The notes beneath the pieces are model-generated. The model saw only the letters and a program-made list of their open reading frames with translations. It searched no databases and had not been told where the DNA came from. This document shows positions 48,167 to 57,900 of a DNA stretch of 64,000 bases, one piece after another. How positions within the stretch are numbered: the stretch's first letter is position 1; every line of letters begins with the position of its first letter. Made by a program: the position numbers and the translations under genes. The DNA comes from Ruminococcus sp. (GTDB lineage Bacteria; Bacillota; Clostridia; Oscillospirales; Ruminococcaceae), in NCBI GenBank assembly GCA_031262835.1, contig JAISGY010000021.1, forward strand, positions 707 to 64,706, written 5' to 3'.

Positions 48167-50566
48167 ATGATGAAAGACTTCTTAAACGAAAGTATACCTT
48201 GTCTCCCATTTAGGGGTATTATTCCGTTTGAAAAAATCGTGCTTCATGTTGAACTTGACGGAGGCGCGGCGGAAGACGCAGTTAAGGCGGCGATGGCGTC
48301 TGAAAGCCGTTATATATTTATCACGCTTCTTAACACTATTGATGGGGGAAACCACCTTGCCGATGTCGGAATTGTCGCCGAGGCAAAGCAGATTGTTAAG
48401 TCTTCCGGCAAAACGAGGGCGGTCTTAGACGGAAAATTCCGCGCAAGGCTTGAAGCAGTTACAAGTCAAGCTCCGATACTCATGACGAAGGTTAAAAAGC
48501 TTCCGAGGGTTTCTGCAAAATGCGACCCGCTCGAACTTGAAGCAATAACGCGTTCGATTAAAGATGTTTTCGTGATGTACGCGGCTTTAATTTCAACCTC
48601 TCCGCATCTTGTTTCGTCGGTGTTAACGCAGAGCGACCCTTTCAGGCTATTTGAGCTTGTGTCGCTTAACATTCCTATTCCGACGCCCGACCGGCAGATT
48701 CTGCTTGCCGAAAACAGTATTCTTGAGAAGCTTACGATTCTTTACGCAATCCTTGCCGGTGAGACGGAGATGGCGAAGCTTCAGACCAATATTAACAACC
48801 GTGTTCAGGAGTCCTTCGACAAGGGACAGCGCGAACATCTCCTGCGCGAGTCGCTCAAAGCAATTAAGAATGAACTCGGCGAGGGCGCAAAACCCGGTGT
48901 TTCGGGGAGTTATACCGAGGCGATTAAGGCTCTCGGCAATATTGACGATGAGTCACGCGAAAAGCTCCTTCGCGATGCTGCGAGACTTGAGGGTATTCCG
49001 ACACAAAGCGGGGATTATTATCAGCTTGACATTTACCTTGAAACGGTTGTGGGGCTGCCTTGGGACTCTTATACAACCGACAATGACAGTATTGAAAACG
49101 CGTCGCAGATTCTTGACAGCGAACATTACGGTTTAAAAAAAGTTAAGGAACGTATACTCGAACTGCTTTCGGTGCGTTCACTTAAACCCGACGTCAAGGG
49201 GCAGATTATCTGCCTTTCGGGACCTCCCGGAGTCGGCAAGACCTCTGTTGCGAAGTCAATCGCAAAAGCTCTCGGGCGTACCTACCAGCGCGTTTCGCTC
49301 GGCGGTGTACGCGACGAAGCGGACATTCGCGGTCATCGCAAAACCTACATAGGCGCAATGCCCGGACGGATTATGAACGCGGTTAAGCTTTCGGGTACGC
49401 GTAACCCTTTAATACTGCTTGATGAAATTGACAAGGTTGCACATGACGGGCGGGGAGACCCTGCGAGCGCGCTTTTAGAGGTTCTTGACTCGGAGCAAAA
49501 CCACAATTTCCGCGACCATTATATTGAAGTGCCGTTCGACCTTTCAGATGTTTTATTTGTAACAACGGCAAATAATGTAGGTGAAATTGAACGCCCGCTG
49601 CTTGACCGTATGGAAGTAATTGAACTCAATTCATATACCGCGAGCGAGAAGTTTCATATTGCGAAAAATCATCTTGTCAGCAAGCAGCTTGCCGAAAACG
49701 GATTGAAACCGAGTTTGGTAAAATTCACCGACGACGGAATAACGGCTGTGATTGACGGTTACACCCGCGAGGCAGGCGTACGGACGCTTGAACGGAATAT
49801 TGCGTCGCTTTGCAGAAAAGCCGCGAAGGATATTGTATCGGGTAAACGCAAGAAGGTTAACTTGACCGCGAAAAATGTTGTAAAATATCTCGGAATACCA
49901 AAATATGATGCGGCGGAAACGGCTCTCAAACCTGAGGTCGGCGTCGTTAACGGGCTTGCTTGGACAGCTGTCGGCGGAGTTTTAATGCCGCTTGAGGCGG
50001 TTGTCATAAACGAAGGCAAGGGCGACATCAGCATAACGGGCTCGCTCGGCGATGTTATGAAAGAAAGCGCGCAGATTGCAGTAACTTTTTGCAGAACAAT
50101 TGCCGACCGATACGGTATTCCGCGGGATTTTTACAAGGAGCGGGATATTCATATCCATGCGCCGGAGGGTGCAACACCCAAAGACGGTCCGTCCGCCGGG
50201 GTTACGATGGTGACGGCGCTTGTATCGGCACTTTCGGGCATACCCGTCCGCAACGACGTTGCAATGACAGGGGAGATAACCCTCCACGGAAAAGTCCTGC
50301 CGATCGGGGGGCTCCGCGAGAAATTGACCGCCGCTTATAAAGCCGGTATTAAAACCGTTTTTATTCCGAAAAAGAACCAAAAAGACATTGAGGATGTTGA
50401 CCCCGAAATAATCGAAGCACTTGAAATTATCTACGCCGAAAAGCTCTCCGATATACTTGGTAAAGCGCTTGTACCGAAAATCGCTTCAAAAGAAACGGTT
50501 AAGGCAATCTATCGCGGGCAAAAGACCGAGTATACTATTGAGGCGTCGCAGAGTGTATCGCATTAA
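48167..50566 (+). CDS. lon: ATP-dependent Lon protease
   Basis: LON N-domain, Walker [10 protein letters not shown], and protease PKDGPSAG with catalytic Ser. Confidence 0.95.
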   Translation: MMKDFLNESIPCLPFRGIIPFEKIVLHVELDGGAAEDAVKAAMASESRYIFITLLNTIDGGNHLADVGIVAEAKQIVKSSGKTRAVLDGKFRARLEAVTSQAPILMTKVKKLPRVSAKCDPLELEAITRSIKDVFVMYAALISTSPHLVSSVLTQSDPFRLFELVSLNIPIPTPDRQILLAENSILEKLTILYAILAGETEMAKLQTNINNRVQESFDKGQREHLLRESLKAIKNELGEGAKPGVSGSYTEAIKALGNIDDESREKLLRDAARLEGIPTQSGDYYQLDIYLETVVGLPWDSYTTDNDSIENASQILDSEHYGLKKVKERILELLSVRSLKPDVKGQIICLSGPPGVGKTSVAKSIAKALGRTYQRVSLGGVRDEADIRGHRKTYIGAMPGRIMNAVKLSGTRNPLILLDEIDKVAHDGRGDPASALLEVLDSEQNHNFRDHYIEVPFDLSDVLFVTTANNVGEIERPLLDRMEVIELNSYTASEKFHIAKNHLVSKQLAENGLKPSLVKFTDDGITAVIDGYTREAGVRTLERNIASLCRKAAKDIVSGKRKKVNLTAKNVVKYLGIPKYDAAETALKPEVGVVNGLAWTAVGGVLMPLEAVVINEGKGDISITGSLGDVMKESAQIAVTFCRTIADRYGIPRDFYKERDIHIHAPEGATPKDGPSAGVTMVTALVSALSGIPVRNDVAMTGEITLHGKVLPIGGLREKLTAAYKAGIKTVFIPKKNQKDIEDVDPEIIEALEIIYAEKLSDILGKALVPKIASKETVKAIYRGQKTEYTIEASQSVSH

Positions 50567-50576
50567 TATTAACTAA

Positions 50577-50605
50577 AGCGACAGTGGAATTGCTGTCGCT
50601 TTTAT
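50577..50605 (+). terminator. intrinsic terminator after lon
   Basis: Stem agcgacag/ctgtcgct followed by TTTTA. Confidence 0.65.
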
Positions 50606-50791
50606 GATTTAGATTGCTTTATTTCGTGAAACTTTGTTTTCACGAAATTAGATGTTTATTTGATAGCTTAACTATAGCCGCGAGTTGTTCTACATCATTT
50701 CTATAAATAAACATATATTGCTATATAAAAACATTTTTAGCCCGATTCTTTACGCTCAGGTATGTTTTCGGGTACGGTCAGGAAAAATCTA

Positions 50792-50821
50792 TTGACAAAC
50801 GTATATGAAATAACTTATAAT
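50792..50821 (+). promoter_or_regulatory. near-consensus sigma-A promoter with no downstream ORF
   Basis: TTGACA-18 nt-TATAAT. Confidence 0.55.
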
Positions 50822-50827
50822 AAAAGC

Positions 50828-50945
50828 ACACAATTGAAGTGTTTGCAGTATACGTTTTCTTTCATTTTCTTATACTGCGGCTCTTAATCGTTTTCGGAGA
50901 TTTGTACCGAAAAACGAATCAGCTTTATTCTGATTCGTTTTTTTA
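50828..50945 (+). ncRNA. candidate small RNA (about 115 nt) ending in a bidirectional terminator
   Basis: Hairpins gcagtata/tatactgc (50845-50878) and tcgttttcgg/ccgaaaaacga (50888-50917), and terminator acgaatcag/ctgattcgt plus a T-run (50914-50945). There is no credible ORF. Confidence 0.4.
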
Positions 50946-50946
50946 T

Positions 50947-51249
50947 TTACACCATATTTATCATTTCAAGGTACTGTACGGTTTCGCGAAATCCCGGGCG
51001 CACATCTGCTATCTTCCCGTTTCTGAACGCAATCGCAGTCGGTACACCGGTTATGTTATACCGCTTTGCAAGTTCGGAGTTCGTGTCAAAATCAATTATC
51101 TTTACTTTCTCACGGCATTTTTCATCAAGCTGCTTTAGTTCATCTAAAAGTATTAAGCAAAGCGGACACCAATTCGCGTAAAAAACAGCAACCATACTGT
51201 CCTTGTATTCATCAAAATTCTCAAGCGTAAGTGCAGTAATCGCGGTCAC
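50947..51249 (-). CDS. thioredoxin-like protein (WCPLC active site)
   Basis: FYANWCPLC motif and thioredoxin-fold length. It has a 4-nt overlap with the upstream gene. Confidence 0.8.
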   Translation of the reverse strand: MTAITALTLENFDEYKDSMVAVFYANWCPLCLILLDELKQLDEKCREKVKIIDFDTNSELAKRYNITGVPTAIAFRNGKIADVRPGFRETVQYLEMINMV

Positions 51250-52325
51250 GAGTCCTCCCCTACCCCAATGCTTCTAAACCAATTTCTGTTATAGAGTATC
51301 GAATCGGTTACCTTATATTCCGCCGCAATTTCATTATATTTATAAGCCGTTTTTTCATCACCGAGCTTTGAATAACACACACAAATCTGAATCGCCGGAA
51401 GATAACCGTAGCAATCAGGAAGTATAAACGCGCCGGAATCAAAATCAGGTTCCTGCGACAGCGCGTTTTTATACCAATATATCGCTTGCTTATACGCCTT
51501 AATATTCATGAATTGCCGCCCGAGCTCACAGCTTGTTTCCGCACGCGGCGTGTCATAGATAAGCGTTTCAAAGAGCGACATAAACGCATTGCTCTGCTCC
51601 CCCATACGCTCAAAGCACTCCGCCCTGATTCGACAGGCATCGATATTGTTTTCAATCCAACCTTTTTTTGAATTAATGAATTTTGTTAACACTTCGATGG
51701 CATCGTGATTTCGATTGTGGTAAAAAAGTTCTCTGCCGTAATAAAACATATCCCTCGGCGATAATTCTTCGCCCAATCCGATATGTTTTTCGTATAGATT
51801 GATGTTGCGGTCGGAATCCCCTGTCCCTGTTTTGTGATGTTCTACAGGCAGCGAAACGCTTATAATATTCCCGAACATTGTAATTGTTTCGTGTATAAAA
51901 CCCTGCCAGAGCGCATATTCGCAATTTTTAATAATACGCTCCCGCTGATATGTAAAGGTTGGTTTGCCGTTCGCAAATCCGGTGTGGTACGGCATCCTAA
52001 CTACGTCTATATCCCTTTTAAGTTCTTTCTTGAGTTTTATAAGCCCAAAACGAGTATCTTCAGGTAAAATATCATCGGCATCAAGCCACATTATATACTC
52101 GCTCGAAGCTTTTGAAAACGCAAAATTACGCGCTGCCGCAAAATCGTCAACCCAAACGAAGTCGTATATTTTGTCGGTAAAAGCAGCGGCGATTTCCTTA
52201 GTTTTATCGGTGCTGCCCGTGTCGGCGATGATTATTTCGTCAAAGACGCCCTTAACACTGTCAAGGCAATTTTTCAAGTTTTTTTCTTCGTTCTTTACAA
52301 TCATACAAAGGCTCAAAGTTATCAT
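51246..52325 (-). CDS. family-2 glycosyltransferase with C-terminal TPR-like repeats
   Basis: LSLCMIVKNEE, IIADTGSTDKT and LDADD motifs, with helical repeats in the C-terminal half. Confidence 0.8.
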   Translation of the reverse strand: MITLSLCMIVKNEEKNLKNCLDSVKGVFDEIIIADTGSTDKTKEIAAAFTDKIYDFVWVDDFAAARNFAFSKASSEYIMWLDADDILPEDTRFGLIKLKKELKRDIDVVRMPYHTGFANGKPTFTYQRERIIKNCEYALWQGFIHETITMFGNIISVSLPVEHHKTGTGDSDRNINLYEKHIGLGEELSPRDMFYYGRELFYHNRNHDAIEVLTKFINSKKGWIENNIDACRIRAECFERMGEQSNAFMSLFETLIYDTPRAETSCELGRQFMNIKAYKQAIYWYKNALSQEPDFDSGAFILPDCYGYLPAIQICVCYSKLGDEKTAYKYNEIAAEYKVTDSILYNRNWFRSIGVGEDS

Positions 52326-52394
52326 TAAAGTTACCTCGTTTTAATAGCTTCTTACATTATATGATTGTATTATATTTTGTGTTACAAAGTTTTT

Positions 52395-53276
52395 TTATTG
52401 TACAGCAGCACAGATTGCATATGCAGCAATTGAATGTGAAGTTCCGAGGATAGATGATGTTGTATTTTTAGCGGTAACCTGCCAGCTGTTCCCTGTAATA
52501 TTAGGTGTACTGCGGGTGAAAATTATCTCCCCGCTGTTGTCGGGTTCAAGGAAACCGCCGGAAATCATCTTTGTCCCGTTTGGGCAGGTTGCGGTAAGGC
52601 TGTTAACTACTCCGCCTCCGGAAACAGTTGCTGTGTTTACAATTGTTGAAAGCGTTCCGTATGAACCGGGTGCTCCGGTTGCTCCTGTTGCGCCGGTTGC
52701 GCCGGTTGCGCCTGTTGCGCCTGCTGCTCCGGTTGCGCCTGCTGCTCCTGTTGCTCCTGTTGCGCCCTTTACGCCTTGAATTCCTTGTACCCCTGTTGCG
52801 CCGGTTGCTCCGGTTGCTCCGGGTGTACCCTGTACGCCCTGTGTACCCTGTGCGCCTGTCGCGCCTGTTACGCCTTGAATTCCTTGTGCGCCTGTCGCTC
52901 CGGTTGCTCCGGTTGCTCCGGTTGCTCCGGTTGCTCCTGTTGCGCCTTGAATTCCTTGTGCTCCTGTCGCGCCGGTTGCTCCGGTTGCTCCGGGTGTACC
53001 CTGTGCGCCTTGTGTACCCTGTGCGCCTGTCGCGCCTGTCGCGCCTGTTACTCCTGTTGCGCCTGTTGCGCCCGTCGCTCCTGTTGCGCCGGGGTTACCT
53101 TGCAACCCCTGAATACCTTGAGGACCTTCCGCGCCCTGTATCCCCTCAACGCCTTGAGGACCTTGTGCTCCTGTTGCTCCTGTCGCTCCTGTCACTCCGG
53201 TTTCGCCTTGTATTCCCTGAACGCCTTGTTCACCCTGTAACCCGGTTGCCCCTGTCGCTCCTGTTGCCGCACTTAT
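52395..53276 (-). pseudogene. 3' half of a split collagen-like (BclA-like) gene: G-X-Y repeats plus a C-terminal globular domain; no start codon of its own
   Basis: The reading frame opens immediately after a TAA (53279-53277) as [15 protein letters not shown].... The listed start at 53195 is an internal GTG. It ends with a roughly 95-aa domain ([15 protein letters not shown]...[10 protein letters not shown]). Confidence 0.7.
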
Positions 53277-53289
53277 TTATCCGCAACTT

Positions 53290-54894
53290 TTAATCCTTTA
53301 ACCCGTCATTAAAGCAAAATACAATTGATATTTCGCGGCATTCATGTACATAGACGTTTTCAACAAGCTCTGCAAGAACCCCTCGGGTTATTTTCTTGAA
53401 ATTCTTATGTCTCCCCCATTCGTCAAAAAAACTGTTATCCTCTGCCTTTATAATCTCCTTTTGTTCCTTAAAAAGATTACATAAATCTTCGTTTATTTGA
53501 TTAACCGAAGTTTCAAACTTATTTTTCAACCGCCGATAATCAGTCTCTGTAATTTCGCCGGTTTTCCAGTCCATATATAAACTGTCAAGGGCAGTATTGT
53601 ACTTCGCCGATTCACGGTTTTTATCGGCAATCAATTTTTCAATGTGCTTAGTATTTGAAGCGGTTAGAGTTTCGTCAACAATGTCCGCAAGTGAATCTAA
53701 AAGGTTCACATGCAACTGTATAACCGCCAAAACACAATTATATAAAACATCTTCGCGTATTGAATGTTTCGTGCATTTTTTATCGGATTTATCGGTGTAT
53801 GTTCGGCAAGCGTAGTAAACATAACCCTTCGCACTCCTTCGCTCCAAAGCCTTATTACAATCGAAACAACGCATAAATCCCGAAAACAAATGCAGTGTCC
53901 GTGAGTCGTCAGCCGTTCTTGTGTCACGTAACAAAAGCCGCTCAAGCCTGTTATACTCGTCCTGCGTGAAGGTTGGCTCGTGCGTATTTTCTTTAATAAT
54001 CCACTCATCTTCCGGCACGGCAACTTTATCGTGAACCTTATAACTCACAACCCTTTGTTTACCCTGCACCATATGCCCGAGATTAACCTTGTCAAGAAGA
54101 ACTCGTCTAACCGTCTGCCCCGTCCAAAGACCGTCATTAATATCGGAATTGGGATTAAAGTAATTCCATCCCTTGCTCGCTTTATATGAAGTGGGATTCG
54201 GTACACCCAAATCGTTAAGCTTTTTCGCCGCTCCGCGAAGACTCATTCCGTCACCGACAATCCAATAGTAAATCTCTTTTTTTATCGGAATAATATTTTC
54301 ATCTAAGATAAGGTGATTTTTATTATTCGGGTCTTTAAGATAACCATACGGCGGGAACGCTCCGATGAATTCGCCGTTCCTGCGTTTTGTTGCGAAAGTA
54401 CGGCGAATATCGCTCGATGTTTTCGCGGCGTAGCGGTCGTTCATAAGCCCTGTTATAGGCACTTCAAGCCCCAATAAAACCTCCGGTTCGGTAAATGTAT
54501 CAATCTTCGGGTCACCCGTTGAAATAAATCGAACCTGCTTTTGCGGGAAATAATATTCGAGATAGTAACCTTGGTCGGAGTAGTTACGAAACGCTCTTGA
54601 AAGCGTCTTGCAGACAATGCAGTTTACACGCCCGTCTTCAATGTCTTTTATCATTCTCATAAAGTCTTTACGGCTGTCGTCGGTGCCGGAAAGCCCATCA
54701 TCTATGTAGAAATCCGCTAACTCGAATTTATCATTAAAATATTCCTCAAGATACTCGGTTAGAATTTTCTTTTGATTTGTAACACTTTCGCTCTCTGTAT
54801 TGCCGTCTTCTCTGGAAAGGCGGATATAGACGGCTACTCTCCATGTTTTTTCAGCGGTTTCTTGCTTGTCGGCATTTCGTTTACGGCGCGCCAT
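53290..54894 (-). CDS. large serine recombinase
   Basis: VAVYIRLSREDG catalytic Ser region, DDGLSGTD, a recombinase domain, a zinc ribbon (CFDCNKAL...YYACRTY...KCTKH) and a coiled-coil tail. Confidence 0.92.
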   Translation of the reverse strand: MARRKRNADKQETAEKTWRVAVYIRLSREDGNTESESVTNQKKILTEYLEEYFNDKFELADFYIDDGLSGTDDSRKDFMRMIKDIEDGRVNCIVCKTLSRAFRNYSDQGYYLEYYFPQKQVRFISTGDPKIDTFTEPEVLLGLEVPITGLMNDRYAAKTSSDIRRTFATKRRNGEFIGAFPPYGYLKDPNNKNHLILDENIIPIKKEIYYWIVGDGMSLRGAAKKLNDLGVPNPTSYKASKGWNYFNPNSDINDGLWTGQTVRRVLLDKVNLGHMVQGKQRVVSYKVHDKVAVPEDEWIIKENTHEPTFTQDEYNRLERLLLRDTRTADDSRTLHLFSGFMRCFDCNKALERRSAKGYVYYACRTYTDKSDKKCTKHSIREDVLYNCVLAVIQLHVNLLDSLADIVDETLTASNTKHIEKLIADKNRESAKYNTALDSLYMDWKTGEITETDYRRLKNKFETSVNQINEDLCNLFKEQKEIIKAEDNSFFDEWGRHKNFKKITRGVLAELVENVYVHECREISIVFCFNDGLKD

Positions 54895-54904
54895 CTACTC
54901 CCCC

Positions 54905-57900
54905 CTAAAAGCATGGATTGTAGGTATTTGTAAATACAGGCACTGTCCCCTCGTCATAGCTGACCCGTGCTGCAAGCGTTCCCTGTCCGTTATCAGAAAC
55001 GGTAACGGTAACGCCGGCGGTTTTATCGTCACACTGCCAACCGTTGCCGGAGATATTCAGTTCTTTTATGAAGAAACGGTAAACGCCTGCTTTATTGAAA
55101 CTCTGCGCAGGAAATGACACAAAACCGTCTTCATCATTTCTTGCGGAGGAAATCTGTGTACCGCTGCTGTCGAACAGTCCGAAGTTGAACCAATTTGGAT
55201 AAAGTTCTGTTCCGCAGACACACTTGTTTGCGTATATTTTTGCCGTTACAGGCGCAAGTTCATAGGTATTTGTAAAAACAGGTGCTCCGTTAGGGTAAGA
55301 AATTTCTGCCCTTGTTGTTCCGTCCCCATTGTCAATAACACTTATATGAAGCAGATATTTATTCTTATCCGTTGTCCAGTTGTCACCGTCGGGAGTTATT
55401 TCATGTATGGTAAAATTGTAGTCGCCTATGGGCAGATTAAATTCCGAGAAGGTAATATTCCCATCTCCGTCATTTTTTGCGTACAAAATTATTGTACCGT
55501 CGTCGTTAGTAAGTTGAAACTCAAACTGTCCTGCTTCAAAGTTTTTGCCGACAGCGGTCTTTTTTGCGGTAATATTAATCGGTGAATCCGAGGCAGCATA
55601 GTAGTTATCAAAGATAGGTACAGTACCGTCGGGATAGTCCACGCTTGCGGCAAGATTTTGGTGCTCGTCTCGGGTAACAGTCACAACAACCGGAAATGTT
55701 CTTAAGTCGCTTCTCCAGCCTGCTCCGACGGAAGGATTCTCCTCTTCGATCGTGTAACTGTACGTTCCGGGTTCGGTATAGTCAAGCACGCCGAAATCGA
55801 TCTGTCCGTCTTTATTCTGCGCGGTTTCTATAACGTTTCCCTTATCGTCCTTGAGGATAAAACTAAACTGTTTTTCGGTATTGTTCCATCCGTGCACAAC
55901 CTTCCCGGCAGTGATTTTTTCGGAAACAGGTTTATTATTATAGATGTTATTAAAAACAGGTATACCGCCCGGATAAGAAACTTTCGCGCTTAAAGTACCG
56001 TCGCCGTTGTCCGTTATGTTAACGTTAACGGGATAAGCTGACTTATCGGTTATCCATCCGTTTCCGTCAACGCTTACTTCGCGCATCGTATAGACGGTGT
56101 TTCCGACCTTCGACGAGAAAAACAACGGGAAATGAATTTTTCCGTCAGCGTGATTAAATCCCATTGCGATTATGTTGTTATTCTCGTCGTAAAGTGCGAA
56201 GCTGAAACGGCTGTCGGAGAGTTCCCCTCCGCTTGCTGTTTTTGTCGGGATTTCTCCGCTCGGATTGTTGTTGATAATATTGCCGACATTTGCGGGAATT
56301 GCTGTGTAAATGGGATTGAAAATATCGCCGTTCGGGTAGGTTGCAATTGATGAGCTTGTACCGTCGCCGTTGTCGGTTACATTAACATGAACAGGGAGTT
56401 CGGGTACATCAAAAGTCCAGCCGTTTCCGTTAGGAGGCGCAACAATTCTATAATCGTAATCGCCGTCCGGCAGATTCAATGTCGGGAAAACTATATTGCC
56501 GTTATCGTCATTATGTGCAGTCCCGACAATATTTCCCTTATCGTCAACAACGTTAAACTCGAATTCGCCGTCCGCCGGAGTTTTACCATGCCCGATAACT
56601 ACTCCCTTTATATCCGCATCGGCGTTGTCAGAGCTGTAAACGTTATCAAATACAGGCGTACCGTTCGGGTAGGTTACCTCCGCCGTCCTGTGTCCTTTAC
56701 CGTCGTCTGTAATATTAACCTTCACGGGGTAGCTTGACTTATCGACACTCCAACCGCCGCCGTCAGACGTTAACTCCTTCACTTCATAGTCCGTTTCACC
56801 GAGTTTCGACGAATAAAACAGCGGGAATCTTATACTGCCGTCGGCGTTATTAAACCCGACAGCAACAAGGTTTCCGTTACTGTCATACAGTCCGAATCGA
56901 AACTGACTGTTTGTCATAGCCTTGCCGGTTGCAGTTTTTTTAGGAGTTCCTGAAATTACACTGCCTATATTCACCGGAAGTGTTGAATATGTATTGACAA
57001 ACTGCGGTGCTGTGTTGTTGCTGTCGGGATAGTCAACGGCTGCAATTAAACCGCCCTTTCCGTCATCAGTCATATGAACAATTACACGATATGAATTTAC
57101 AGGTATTGTCCAACCGTCCGGGAGCGGCATTTCTTCATTGACTGTATATTCATAATCACCTGGTTCTATGTATTCCAACGTCCCGAAATCAAGCGTCCCG
57201 GCTGAACTTGTTATTTCTTTAACTATATTGCCGTCCTTGTCCTTAAGACTAAACCTGAAGGTTGGTGCAGTTTGCCCGGTTGTGAAGCCTTGCAGCGATT
57301 TGAATGCCAAAATATGCTCTGAACCCTCTGTCGTGTATGTGTTTATAAACGCAGGCTCGGGTGTCGGTTGTACTATCTCTGCGACAAGCTGCCCTTTACC
57401 ATTGTCGGTAACAATAACCTTGTAGGGGTAACTCGACTTGTCGGTAGTATAACCGCCGCCGTCCGGTGTAGTTTCCTTAACCGTATAGTCATATTCGCCC
57501 GGTTTATCAAAGTAACCGACCGGGAATTTTATATCGCCGTTTACGTCATTTGTACCTGTTGTAACGAGGTTGCCTTGAGCATCAAAAACGCCGAATGTAA
57601 ACTGCCCCGCTTCAAGAGGTTTTCCGCCCGAAACCGCTTTTTTCGTCTTCGGCGTACCTTCCTCCCCTGTGGTTGCCTGTGAGGGTTTATAGGTATTAAC
57701 TAAAGTCGGAACACGGTCAATTGCCGCTGTAAGCTGTCCTGAACCGTCGTCAGTTACCGTTACATTAACATTATGGAGAGTTTTATCAAGTGTCCAGCCG
57801 TCACCGTCTGCGCCTTCCTCGAAGATAGTCAGTTCTGTGTTATCACGGGTTTCAAACTCCCCGAAGTCAATTGTACCGTCCGTCCCCTGTATACGCGTCA

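Noticed and set aside
50839-51138. 99-aa plus-strand ORF starting with GTG inside the candidate sRNA and running antisense into the thioredoxin gene
   Set aside because: It has an alternative start and no RBS, is rich in hydrophobic and aromatic residues as expected for AT-rich antisense sequence, and crosses a strong terminator.
52516-53293. ORFs 52516-52779, 52628-53293 and 52776-53240 on the plus strand, opposite the collagen 3' half
   Set aside because: They are Leu/Arg/Cys/Pro-rich translations of the antisense and off-frames of a GGN-NNN-NNN repeat. This is an artefact of triplet periodicity, with no RBS or start context.
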